Origin: Octopus vulgaris
Taxonomy: Eukaryota
NCBI GenBank assembly: GCA_951406725.2
Contig: OX597838.1
Span: 16,678,001-16,742,000, forward strand
Direction: 5' to 3'
DNA: 64,000 bases
The notes below the pieces were generated by a model, which saw only the letters and a program-made list of their open reading frames with translations, made no database searches and was not told the origin of the DNA. Position numbers and translations under genes: made by a program. This document shows positions 26,423 to 44,148 of this stretch, in pieces. Numbering within the stretch: position 1 is the stretch's first letter; each line of letters starts with the position of its first letter.

Positions 26423-27034
26423 TATGTATGTATGAAGGTGATGAGCTGGTAGAATCCTTAGTACGCCAGGGAAAATGCTTAACAGCATTTCGTCTGTCTT
26501 TACATCCTGAGTTCAAAGTCCACAGAGGTTGACTTTGTCTTTCATCCTTTCAGGGTCGATAAATTAAGTACCAGTTATGCACTGGGGTCAATGAAATCCT
26601 CCAAAATTTCAGGCTTTGTGCCTATAGTAGAAAGGATATTGTGGGATATTATGTATGTATGTATGTATGTATGTATGTATACGTATATATTTTGCTGGTG
26701 TATATCAGTGAAGAATATACGTGTATAAACATGGTGAAATTTGATAACCAAGTGTTTTACAAAGGAAGTACCTCCCAGTATTTGTTCCGCCTCAAGTAAC
26801 ACATACTCCCATGCCAGTATCGTCTGCAGAAATGCAACGAACCACTGACTGGGTCTTTGGAAACCTGTTACCAATGAAGAATAGGTCGAAGGAAAGCCTG
26901 CTGTAAGCGAAAAACTTCATTGGAATTTTGCAATTGCTTTGGTTCATAAATTACGATATGAAAAATAAATTAGGCGAAAAAAAAAATAACATAACATTAG
27001 GAACGAAATTTCCTTGCTTTCCAGCCTAAACATA

Positions 27035-29830
<2,796 letters not shown>

Positions 29831-30267
29831 TTCTCACATAAGCATTAGTTTGTGTTTCTAAGTGTGTATGTATGCATGAGAGTGTGTGTGGGCACGTGCA
29901 TTTGTGTGTGCATACATGCATGCGTGCTTGCTTGCATGCATGTAATATGTACACACGAAGCATAACCAAATGATTGAAAAAAGTTTACTTTGCCGTCATG
30001 CAGCCCCATGTTCGAGCCTTCTACCTGACATCTTGAACAAGTGTCTTTTACTACATAACATCAGGTTGATTCACATTAAAAATTTCATGTTAATTTATAT
30101 TCAAAACACTAGCTTAATTATGATAAAATTATTTGATTAAATTCTTCATAATTTTTCCAAGTAGATTGAAAGAAAGGAAATGGAATTCAACAGAATAATG
30201 GCAAGAAAAAGCTTTAGCAGTGTTTTAACTAAAAAGCCCATGTTCATTTTAATCAATTCTTCTACTG

Positions 30268-30863
30268 TGCAATGCGTCCCCTACAAAGGTCAAGATCACA
30301 TCACAAAAGAGCATTGCAACACAATTTTTTCATTGTAAATGGTCCTGCTCTTTTCAATGTTATTCCGAAAGAAATTAGTTAGTTAGTTAGTTAGTTAATT
30401 TGGCTCAAAGGCAAATAGCAAGGCCATGTAGGGGGACATGGAGTTAAGTACAGAGTGGTGTTCATGTAAAGAGTTCAGGCCACTTGAGGTCAAGGGAGGC
30501 TTTGAACAAAGCGGTCGTCGGCATCTTCACCATCTCGTCTGGCAGCTTGTTCCACAGATCCGCAACCCGGACGGAGAAAGCTCCTCTCCTTCGATTGAGA
30601 TGAAATCGTTGCAGGTAGAGCTTTTCGGAGTGACCCCGCAGCCGACGCTCTGGAGCAGGAGTGAAGAACAGCTCTTTCGAGAGGTTACACTTTCCGCTTA
30701 TGATGCTGTGGGCGAGAATGAGATCACCACAGCGGCGGCGTTTTTCTAGAGAATAAAGGTCGAGCGTCCTCAGTAGAAAAAGACCCCCACAACTTTCAAA
30801 TGGTACCTGGACAAATTCCTCCCGGAAATACCGGATAAACCACCAACACCTGGATACGTCTAA
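30268..30863 (+). mobile_element. Second LINE ORF2 C-terminal fragment, split by the CR1 insertion
   Basis: HNFFIVNGPALFNVIPKEI before the insert and TTFKWYLDKFLPEIPDKPPTPGYV* after it. Confidence 0.7.
30374..30773 (-). mobile_element. CR1-clade LINE 3' end (ORF2 C-terminus, UTR, (TAAC)n tail)
   Basis: LYSLEKRRRCGDLILAHSIISG...LRGHSEKL...AFSVRVADLWNKLPDEMV...FKASLD matches the CR1 C-terminal pattern. Confidence 0.9.
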
Positions 30864-30865
30864 AG

Positions 30866-31010
30866 TTTGGCACTTGCTGGATTATGTCATCATCCGCAAA
30901 TGTGACATGTATGACATTTGTAATGTCAAGTCCTTTCATGGATCAGAATGCTGGACTGACCACAGTCCGGTGTGGGCAAAGTTCTGGATGATGATTAGAG
31001 TGAAAGAGGG
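30866..31010 (+). mobile_element. RTE-type AP endonuclease fragment
   Basis: LLDYVIIRKCDMYDICNVKSFHGSECWTDH resembles the IDY...xDH end of LINE APE domains. Confidence 0.7.
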
Positions 31011-32354
31011 AAGAGGGCCAGTTGCCATTCTTCAGCATCTGAATGTCTACAAGATATATGATGCTGCGTTGAATAAAAAGATGAAATAAAGAAAGACAAA
31101 AAAAAAAAAATCTAGCCTTCAGCTATTTGGCAAAAAGAAATTTATCAACAATGCACTTTTTATTTAGATCACATCATCATCATCATCGTCATCGTCGTTG
31201 TGGTCGTTGTCATCGTTGTTGTCGCCGCCACTGCCACAACTGTAACACACACACACATGTGCGATGGGCTTCTTTCAGTTTCCAGTTTCCGTCCACCAAA
31301 TCCATTCATAAGGTTTTGGTCGGCCCGAGGCTATAGCAGAAGACACTTGCCTATTGTACCATGCATTAGGATTGAACCTGGAACCATGTAGTTGGAAAGC
31401 AAACTTCTTAGCATACAACCTCACCTGCACTTACTTGTACAGTAACTGAAATATGTCATGAAAAAATTAGAAGTTACAAATGTTGACTTGTCTGGCTGAA
31501 TAGAAAACACACAGTTTAATTTTTGATGTTAGTGTATTTTCTTCACCTTTTGCTTCTCATCATTGATACAGAAATTCTGTGTTGATACTCAAAGGAATAA
31601 ACTTAAGAATAGGCTCAGAGTCATACAGCATAATGGTTTCTACAACTTCCTTTATGGCTGGTATAGTAATACCCCTCTCCGTTCATATGTAGTGTTCCCC
31701 CCCTCCTTTTTTTTTTCTATGTGGAAGGATGTATTCTTATATCTTCATTTCTCCTTCAATATCAGCATGAGATGTATGAGATGTTGACTTGAAAAAATGA
31801 CATTGAGGTTGGATGTTTTCCAAATCTTCCTTTCGGTGTCTTAAAAAAAAAAAATTGAAGAACCTAAATTTCCTTATCCGAATGCATTCTCATAACATGG
31901 TCTTTCATCTTCGAAGGCTTTGTTGCGATATTTCCAAATGCCTTTTCACATCGCAAACACGTAGGTTTTTATCTCATTTGTCATTAAAAGAATAAAACCA
32001 AACCTCCAGTTATTCCTGTGCTTGTTACTGACATTTTTACTTCTTATTATTGAGGTTTGACATGCTGTAAAATTAATGAGCTACAATATAAATCAAAAGT
32101 CTCTACAAAATGAATGCAATATTATGCAAAATAGTCTCAATGGCAACAATTTATGTTGCAATAAACTTAAATTATAAGAATATAAAATTACATTACAGTG
32201 CAACTGAACATTAAGGATTTCCTTTCTTTTATATTTATCCATTCAAGTTGCCAGGTATATATCCATATCTGTATCTATATATAAACACATACATACATAC
32301 ATACATACATACATACATGCATATATATACATACATACATACATGCATGCATAC

Positions 32355-32892
<538 letters not shown>

Positions 32893-33245
32893 CACATATA
32901 TACATATATACACATATACATATATCATCATCATCATCATGTAACATCTGTTTTCCATGCTAGTATGGATTGGGTAGTTTGACAGGTGCTGGTAAGGGGC
33001 CAGGGACTACACCATGCTCCATTGTCTGATCTGGCATGGTTTCTATGGCTTGATGCCCTTCCTAATGCCAACCGTTTTACAGACTGTATTGAGTGCTTTT
33101 TATGGGGCACCACCACCAGAATCAATTCTGCTGTGGTGGATAGAGCTTCTCGAGTACAGCAAAGCACCAGATAACTTGACCTTTTGTTATCTCTTTCACA
33201 AGGCTCAATGTCTTGAGATCAGCCTTATACATACATACATACATA

Positions 33246-33625
33246 GTGGAGGCGCAATGGCCCAGTGGTTAGGGCAGCGGACTCGCGGTCGTAGGATCGC
33301 GGTTTTGATTCCCAGACCGGGTGTTGTGAGTGTTTATTGAGCGAAAACACCTAAAGCTCCACGAGGCTCCGGCAGGGGATGGTGGTGATCCCTGCTGTAC
33401 TCTTTCACCACATCTTTCTCTCACTCTTTCTTCCTGTTTCTGTTGTACCTGTATTTCAAAGGGCCGGCCTTGTCACTCTCTGTGTCATGCTGAATATCCC
33501 CGAGAACTACGTTAAGGGTACACGTGTCTGTGGAGTGCTCAGCCACTTCGACGTTAATTCCACGAGCAGGCTGTTCCGTTGGTCGGATCAATCGGAACCC
33601 TCATCATCATAACCGATGGAGTGCT
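33246..33625 (+). mobile_element. tRNA-headed SINE family D, full length, in (ACAT)n
   Basis: GTGGAGGCGCAATGGCCCAGTGGTTAGGGCAGCGGACTCGCGGTCGTAGGATCGCGGTTTTGATTCCCAGACCGGG tRNA-like head; same head at 23407. Confidence 0.85.
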
Positions 33626-33699
33626 TCCATCCACATACATACATACCTCCTTCTCCCAAATCTGAGGCCTTGTGCTTCCAGTAGAAAGAATTATTATTA

Positions 33700-35411
<1,712 letters not shown>

Positions 35412-35619
35412 TTTCTCCTAGATTAATTCACCTGTAGCCTTTATAATACTTTCATTTCAACCTCATTCACTGAAAGAGTGAGCGCGGGGTTGGGGTGTGG
35501 AGTCTGCTAGTTTGGTCCTAGATAACAATAAATGTTGTTTAAAATATCTGACATAAACCGCTTTGATTTACCTGGCATGTGTGAAACACTATTGTTATGC
35601 TACCCCCATCCAGCCCAAC

Positions 35620-35670
<51 letters not shown>

Positions 35671-35842
35671 TTAGCAACTGATATAAACTACCTTTGTGAC
35701 ATTTTGCTTATGTGTATACATACATACAGATTTATTTATATATTTATATCTATATATATATATATATGTATGTGTGTATGTGTGTGTGTGAGTGTGTGTG
35801 TGCTCTCTCTCTCCCCTCTCTCTCTCTCTCTCTCACACACAC

Positions 35843-35877
<35 letters not shown>

Positions 35878-36050
35878 GTAAGTAGATCATATATCTGAAA
35901 AAGAAGCACATTGTAAAGCATTAGAGCAGTAACATCTTTTAACTACAAACTTGCTAATATATATATGTATCATCATCATCATCATCATCATCGTCATCAT
36001 CATCGTCGTCGTCATCATCATCATCATCATCATTATCGTCGTAGTCATCG

Positions 36051-36101
<51 letters not shown>

Positions 36102-36384
36102 ACATCGTCATCATCATCATCATCATCATCATTTAACATCCGTTGTCCATGCTGGCATGGGTTGGATGGTTTGATCAGGGCTAGCAAGCTGGAAAGCTGC
36201 ACCAGATGCCCTTTGTAACGCCAACCACTCCTTGAGTGTGTTTGGTGCTTTTTATGTACCACAGGCACAGGTGCCATTTGTGTGACGCTGTTATCTACCA
36301 CAACTATGGTTTTACTTGGTTTGATGGGTCTTCTTGTCAAGTACAGCATAATGCCAAATGGACTCGGTCATTGCCTCTCTCATT

Positions 36385-37470
36385 GCCTGCTAACTTGAAC
36401 ACCTAAGTAATGGAAGCTATCTACTACCTCTAGCTTACCCTACTGGCAGTTGATGGAGTCTATTTTCCGTACATTTTCGGTGTTTATTGTACCTGTGCAC
36501 CTTCCACACACAAAAGCTATTTTCCCTGTTAACCTCTTCTGATATTGTTGCACCTTTTATGTGTCTATGGCTTACACTGGGTGCATCTTACAGAGTTACT
36601 AGCTACACTTTTCTACAGATTGAGCAGGGCCATATACCCGAAGTGTCTTGTGATTTGTTTGCCTTCCTACTTACTAAAACTTTAGATTTTGCTAGGTTAA
36701 CTTAAAAGCCCTTCGATTCTAGACCTTGCTTCCATACCTGGAACTTCTCTAGTTCTGGTAGTGATTCAGCTATAAGAACAAGGTCATCAGCATAGAGGAA
36801 CTCCCAGGAGCAGACTGTCTTAAATTCCTCTGTTATTGCCTAGATGACTATGATGAACAAGAGGGGCCTTAGGACCGATCTTTGGTGAACCCCTTCTTGT
36901 AACCTGAATTCTTTGCTGTACTCATTGCCTACACCGTCATCCATGTGGACACATTTCTCTCCTATGACATCACAATTTTCTCTCACACACTGTTTTGCAA
37001 TCTGGAATACTTCAATTCTTTGGTCCTCACATTGTTGAACATAGGCAAACTTCCTCTTTTCTGCTTCTCTATTGGTTTGATATACCTGTCTCCTAGCTTC
37101 CCTTCTAGCTATCTAATACAGCTCCCTGCTATCTCCACTCTTCTAGGTCTTCCAGGTGTGTTTCTTTGCTCTAATGGCCCTGTCTGTAACATCGTTCCAC
37201 CACCATGTTACCCTAGGTCTGGTTGGGACTTTGCACCACCCATAGCTTTGGCCTTTGGCACTCAGTAAGATGTCCTGCAGTATTATCCAGTTGCCCTCTA
37301 AGTCACAAGTTTGTAGTTCCTCCTCCCTCTCATTCAATTTCTCAATTAGGATGTCATAAATCTGTGACTATGTGAAGGGTCCTTAAGCTTCTAAATCCTT
37401 CTTTTGCAGATTGGTTTGCTTCTTGGCAACCTTCTGGCCAGGAGTCTAAAGTCACTAATAACTAGTCTAT
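36385..37470 (-). pseudogene. Decayed, internally deleted RTE-like LINE RT fragment
   Basis: Minus strand: TWWWNDVTDRAIRAKK, EGVHQRSVLRPLLFIIV, WEFLYADDLVLIAES, WKQGLESKG, WPCSICRK. Confidence 0.85.
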
Positions 37471-37486
37471 GTATATATATATATAT

Positions 37487-37815
37487 ACTCAAAATAAGCA
37501 ACAAGAATGACTCCGGTAATTTGGTACAATCGTTTCGTACTACATCATTCTATTAAGGTTCTGAGAGGGAAGAACAAAATGGAAAACCTCTATAATTGGC
37601 TGATGAGTGCTCAGCATTTTAAAACTGTTGTAATACTTACAACATTTAATAAAATGATGTAGTACGAAACGATCGTACCAAATTACCAGAGTCATTCTTG
37701 TTGCTTATTTTGATTATAATCACCCCACGGATTTATATGGATAACACCATACAGAATTCTGCTGCATCTAAATTAAGTACCATATTCATTTGAATCTAAA
37801 TTTTTGCTGAACTTA
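37487..37815 (+). mobile_element. Penelope-like repeat with ~68-bp inverted 5' copy, embedded in (TA)n
   Basis: 37489-37556 is the reverse complement of 37647-37713; contains the hammerhead at 37593-37685; (TA)n on both sides. Confidence 0.55.
37593..37685 (+). ncRNA. Type I hammerhead ribozyme motif with long stem II, in a Penelope-like repeat
   Basis: Stem I TTGG/CCAA; CTGATGA 37600-37606; stem II GTGCT/AGTAC extended by CATTTT/AAAATG and TGTTGTAA/TTACAACA; GAAA 37666-37669; palindromic stem III ACGATCGT; GUA triplet, predicted cut after 37677. Confidence 0.8.
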
Positions 37816-38095
37816 TATATATATATATATGTATGTATGTATAAGTACATCTGTGATTTTATTTTTCGTCTTCTATATAAATGAAGATATTTCCTCCATC
37901 TGGCTGGTTTCCTTTCTACAAAAACATCGCAGAACTACAAGGCTCTGTTCAAACCATCCAACTCATGTCAGCATGTAAAATGGACGTTAAATGAGGATGA
38001 TGATGATGATGATGATGATGTTTTATATATATATATGTATATGAATACACACACACACCAAAACACACACATACACACTCACACACACATACACA

Positions 38096-38138
<43 letters not shown>

Positions 38139-38283
38139 CGTCATCATCCCTCATCCATACTGCAATGGGCTGGGTGGTTTGACAGGATCTAAGCAGCTAA
38201 ATGTCTAGGTGGAATACCAATCTCTGATTGTCCAATCTCCAAGTCTCCACACCCCAGTAGGGAGCTTTATGCCAAATGTTGAG

Positions 38284-38870
38284 AGGCCGGAGTGGCTGTG
38301 TGGTAAGTAGCTTGATAACCAACCACATGGTTCCGGGTTCAGTCCCACTGCGTGGCACCTTGGGTAAGTGTCTTCTGCTATAGCCTCGGGCCGACCAAAG
38401 CCTTGTGAGTGGATTTGGTAGACGGAAACTGAAAGAAGCCTGTCGTATATATGTATATATACTCTTACTCTTTACTCTTTTACTTGTTTCAGTCATTTGA
38501 CTGTGGCCATGCTGGAGCACCGCCTTTAGTCGAGCAATTGACCCCGGTACTTATTCTTTGTAAGCCCAGTACTTATTCTATAGGTCTCTTTTGCCGAACC
38601 GCTAAGTGACGGGGACGTAAACACAGCAGCATCGGTTGTCAAGCAATGCTAGGGGGACAAACACAGACACACAAACACACACATACATATATATATATAC
38701 ATATATACGACAGGCTTCTTTCAGTTTCTGTCTACCAAATCCACTCACAAGGCATTGGTCGGCCTGGGGCTATAGCAGAAGACACTTGCCCAAGATGCCA
38801 CGCAGTGGGACTGAACCCGGAACCATGTGGTTGGTTAGCAAGCTACTTACCACACAGCCACTCCTGCGCC

Positions 38871-38909
<39 letters not shown>

Positions 38910-39125
38910 ATATGTTTGTGTGTCTGTGTTTGTCCCTCTAGCATTGCTTGACAACCAATGCTGGTGTGTTTACGTCCCCCGTCACCTAGCGGTTCGGCAA
39001 AAGAGACCGATAGAATAAGTACTGGGCTTACAAAGAATAAGTCCGGGGGGGGGGGGGCGAGTTGCTCGACTAAAGGCGGAGTACCAGTATGGCCACAGTC
39101 AAAATGACTGAAACAAGTAAAAGAG
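38284..39125. mobile_element. Family A SINE (+) with a second family A copy (-, ~38461-38871) nested in its internal microsatellite
   Basis: + head 38284-38460, full minus copy, then + 3' half 38872-39125. Confidence 0.9.
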
Positions 39126-39398
39126 AAAAGAGAAAGAGAGAAAGGCTAAAGGTTGAGAAAGACTAGCAGACAGAGAGAGAGACCAGCATAGAAACCATGG
39201 GATAGAGGGAATACATGGCTACTCTGTCACCTGCTTTATATCAAGGTGGATGGGCGTAACTGGAGAGAAAAAGAGATAAAAGTGTTGACAAGATGTCAGG
39301 GTATGGACAGAGGGATCAGGAAGGGTTGTGTCAACAAGTTGATAAAAGTGTGACATTGAGGGTGTCTATGTTTATACATGTAATGTGTGATATATATG

Positions 39399-39444
<46 letters not shown>

Positions 39445-39597
39445 ATATCTATATATATATATAGTGGCGGTTTCAAACTTCTTTTTTACAAATATATATA
39501 TATATACACACATACATGTATTTGTGTGTGTGTGTGTGTGTGTGTGTGTATGCAACTGTGTGTGTATGCAACTGGGTGTGTGTGTGTGTGTGTTTAA

Positions 39598-39636
<39 letters not shown>

Positions 39637-40204
39637 ATACATACACATGGCTATACATATACATATATACACACACACACACACATATATATATATACAT
39701 ATTTTTTATTTTATAGAAGGAGCTTAAACAGGACTAGAACTGCCTTTTCATTTCATCAGATGAAATCTTCCTGAAGGATAGATAAATGGACAGACAGATT
39801 ATTTTAAAAGATTTATTTTAAAAAAAGATTATTAAAACAACAAATATAATTATATAGGGCATGGCTGTATGGTAAGAAGCTTGTTTCCCCACCAAATGGC
39901 TCTGGGTTCAATCCCATTGCATGGCATCTTGAGCAAGTGTGTTCTGGAGCCTCAGGCCAATCAAAGCCTTGTGAGTGGATTTGGTCGACAGAAACTGAAA
40001 GAAGCCCATTGTATATATACATATATGTGTGTATATTTGTGTGTGTATGTGTTTGTCTCCCCATCATTGCTTGACAACCGGTGTTGGTGTGTTTATGTCC
40101 CTGTAACTTAGCAGTTCAGCAAAAGACTGAAGCAAGTAAAAGAATAAAAATATATATATATATATATATATTTATACACACACATGTGTATAAATATATA
40201 TATA

Positions 40205-40410
40205 TGTGAGTGACCACGTGTGCATCATTGGTGATTTTCTTTCTCCGCCTTCCCTTCTTTGGACTTTTTCTATATTTCTGATGAAGAGTTTCGCTCGAAA
40301 CGTGAAATCCTCTTTCTTTCCTTTCCTTACCTGAGTGTCCAATAACACTGTACTTATTCCACAACCTCGCGGTGTTGTTTTTTCTTGCTTGTTCATGTTT
40401 GGATTGACTA
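40205..40410 (+). mobile_element. Family H element with minimal hammerhead-like motif
   Basis: ATTT-CTGATGA-AGAGTTTCGCTC-GAAACGTG-AAAT at 40274-40308; embedded in (TA)n. Confidence 0.65.
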
Positions 40411-40516
40411 TATATATATATATTTGTATGTATATATATATATATGTCTGTATGTATGTGTATATATAACTATATATTTATAAATATATATGTATGTATA
40501 TATATATATATGTGCA

Positions 40517-40722
40517 AAATGTGACCGTGTGTGTACCGTTGGTGACTTTTTTTCCTCTGTCTTCCCTTCTCTGGATCTTTCCTTCTCCTGTGTTTCCGAC
40601 AAAGAGCTCTGCTCGAAACGTTAAACCCTTCTTCTTTCCTTTCCTGAGCGTCCAGTAATACTATATTTGTTCCACGTCCTCGCGTTGTTGTGTTTTTTTG
40701 TGCTTTCTTGTTTGGATTAACT
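40517..40722 (+). mobile_element. Family H element with minimal hammerhead-like motif
   Basis: GTTTCCGACAAAGAGCTCTGCTCGAAACGTTAAAC at 40592-40626; embedded in (TA)n. Confidence 0.65.
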
Positions 40723-40749
40723 ATATATATGCATATATGTATATATATA

Positions 40750-40820
<71 letters not shown>

Positions 40821-40825
40821 ATGAA

Positions 40826-40868
<43 letters not shown>

Positions 40869-40889
40869 CATATACATATACATACATAC

Positions 40890-40922
<33 letters not shown>

Positions 40923-41682
40923 CATACATACATACATACACCTCCCCCACACACACACACACATAGAAACACTCATACACATGCAAAGTCATGGAAGAAG
41001 AGTTGTTGAACGATGCTGGAATAAAGTATAAAAATAGCATTAAATGGTATCAGAAAGATATTGAGGTAAAATATTAACAACTGGAAGAAGATGGCATCTA
41101 ATTGGATAACATGGTAGGGTATTATCTGACAAGAGGAGCTATAAAAATCATTGCCTGACAAAAAAAAAATAATACTCGAAGAAGAAAACATCTGTCAAAT
41201 CTCAATGCTCTGGAATGAGCTAACCATCTTACTCCACTCATCTGATGAATGCAATACTGATTAAGATGATTATGATTACATACGTGTGTATGTGTGTGTG
41301 TGTGTGTGTGTGTTTTTGCGTGTATGTATATGTATATATGTGTGTGTGTATATATATATATGTATATGTGTGTGTGCGTGTATGTATATGTATATATGTG
41401 TGTGTATATATATATATGTGTGTGTGTATGTGTGTGTGTATGTGTGTGTATGTATATGTATGTGTGTGTGTGTGCATGTGTGTGTATATGTGTGTGTGTG
41501 TGTATATGAGTGTATGGGTGTATATATTTATATATATAAATTTTGTATGTACGCGCGTGTGTGTATATCTGTCTATCTATCTACCTACCTATCTATCTAT
41601 CTATCTATCTGTCTATCTATCTATCTATCTATATATGTGTGTTTGTATATATGTATACACACATATATATTATAAAATTATT

Positions 41683-41845
41683 CGCAGGAGTGGCTGTGTG
41701 GTAAGTAGCTTGCTAACCGACCACATGGTTCCGGGTTCAGTCCCACTGCATGGCAGCTTGGGCAAGTGTCTTATGCTATAGCCTCGGTCCAACCAAAGCC
41801 TTGTGAGTGGATTTGGTAGACGGAAACTGAAAGAAGCCTGTCGTA

Positions 41846-41896
<51 letters not shown>

Positions 41897-42123
41897 ATAT
41901 GTTTGTGTGTTTGTGTTTGTCCCTCTAGCATTGCTTGACAACCGATGCTGGTGTGTTTACGTCCCCGTCACTTAGCAGTTTGGCAAAAGAGACCGATAGA
42001 ATAAGTACTGGGCTTACAAAGAATAAGTCCCGGGGTTGATTTGCTCGACTAAAGGCGGTGCTCCAGCATGGCCGCAGTCAAATGACTGAAACAAGTAAAA
42101 GAGTAAAAGAGAGTAAAAGAGTA
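41683..42123 (+). mobile_element. SINE family A, full length
   Basis: Matches family A consensus. Confidence 0.9.
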
Positions 42124-42304
42124 ATCGGACAAAACTCTTTGTACTTTTCGTCTTGTATTTGTCCTTACATGTTTCTTTGATTTATGTTAGCGCTTGTGGC
42201 CAATAAACCAGAATTAATTATTATTATTATCATCATTATTATTATTATTATTATTAGTAGTATTATTATTATCATTATCATTGTTATTGTTATTATTATT
42301 ATTA

Positions 42305-42361
<57 letters not shown>

Positions 42362-42822
42362 TACTACTATTATGTAGGTGAGTTGGCAGAATCCTTAGCA
42401 TGACTGGTGAAATGCTTAGCAGCATTTCATCTGTTTTTATGTTCTGAGTTCAAATTCCAGCAAGATTGACTTTGCCTTTCATCATTTCGGGTCAATAAAT
42501 TAAGTGTCAGTTGAAACACTGGAGGCCGATGTAATCATCTTAACCCCTCCTTCAAAATTTCAGGCCTTGTGCCTATAGTAGAAAGGTTTATTATTATTAT
42601 TGTTGTTGTTGTTGTAGTTTAAAACAGTTTAATTTAATGGGGGTGCATGCAACTTAAAGTGCCATAGGGTTTTTAAAGAGACCTAGCTCATCAGTCAGAC
42701 ACACATACATACATAGGCACATACATGAATATGTGAGTGTGTGTGAGTGTGTGTACCTATTCAAATACATATATATGTGTGTGTACCTGTATATATAAAT
42801 GTATATACATGTACATACATAT

Positions 42823-43038
42823 ATAACGGGAAGGTTTACGAAAATAAACAAAAAACGAAGGCAGGTGGAATACAAACAAACAATTGTATTAGTATGGCGC
42901 TCAGGAATAGAAGTAAAACAAGTCTTTTACGTTTCGAGCCTACGCTCTTCGACAGAAAGATACACTGAAAAGAAACACAGAAAGAAACAAGGAGAGAAAA
43001 AAAATTGCGTGTAGGGGCTAACGATCTATCATGGCGTA
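42823..43038 (-). mobile_element. Diverged relative of family H with hammerhead-like motif
   Basis: Minus strand TCTTT-CTGTCGA-AGAGCGTAGGCTC-GAAACGTA-AAAGA at 42923-42960; shares the TTCCTGAGCGCC...ATACTAATAC block. Confidence 0.55.
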
Positions 43039-43716
43039 CATACATATATAGATGTGTGTGTGTATGTGTATGTGTGTGAGTGTGTGTGTGTGTGTGCATT
43101 AAGTATTTAATCATTAGACTGTGGCCTTGCTGGGGCACAGCCTTGAAGCATTTTAGTCAAATAAATCAACCCCAGTATGTTTTTTTAAATACCTATACTT
43201 ATTCTATTTGTCTCTTTTGATAAACTGTTAAGTCATGGGGATGGAAACACCACCACTAGATTTTAAGCAGTGGCGTGGCAAGGGACAAACTAAGATACAA
43301 AGTCATACACGCACACTCACACACACATGCATGGCATACACACACACACACACACATTAAGAAAACAGAAAATGAAGATAACATTGATGAACAATAATTG
43401 ATTTGCATTAATTATTATTTATTAATAATTTACAAAAAAAAACTGCATCCCATCTAACAGCTGTTTCTGCTTCCAATGTTCTTTGGAATTACCATTATGA
43501 GGCTAAGAGAATATTTATCACAGTTGGTAATAAAACCGATTTGAATCATGGGGCTTCATCTGTGTGGAAAATAAATCAACATGACTTGACGCTCACCACA
43601 TTCAACCTTTCCTTTTTCTTTTCTTGTTTCTTCTTTGTTATTGTTGTTGTTGTTGTTGTTGCAGACGTTGCATAATGTGTTGTAGAGTGAAGATTTTGAG
43701 TGTACCAGGGGTTTGT

Positions 43717-43926
43717 ACTCTTTTACTCTTTTACTTGTTTCAGTCATTTGACTGCGGCCATGCTGGAGCACCACCTTTAGTCGAGCAAATCGACCCTGGG
43801 ACTTACTCTTTGTAAGCCCAGTACTTATTCTATCGGTCTCTTTTGCCAAACCGCTAAGTGACAGGGAGGTAAACACACCAGCATCGGTTGTCAAGCAATG
43901 CTAGAGGGACAAACACAGACACACAA

Positions 43927-43977
<51 letters not shown>

Positions 43978-44148
43978 CATATATACGACAGGCTTCTTTC
44001 AGTTTCCGTCTACCAAATCCACTCACAAGGCTTTGGTCAGCCGGAGGCTATAGCAGAAGACACTTGCCCAAGGTGCCACGCAGTAGTACTGAACCCAGAA
44101 CCATGTGGTTGGTTAGCAAGCGACTTAGCACACAGCCACTCCTGCGTC
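43717..44148 (-). mobile_element. SINE family A, full length
   Basis: Reverse complement of family A consensus. Confidence 0.9.

Noticed and set aside
33246-33322. tRNA genes at SINE heads (also 23407, 17830-17902, 18085-18156)
   Set aside because: They run straight into multi-copy SINE bodies and lack a clean cloverleaf and terminator.
43440-43505. Further hammerhead relics (GAAACAGCTGTT on minus here; also ~39730-39780 and ~26200-26285)
   Set aside because: CUGANGA box or stems too degenerate to call.
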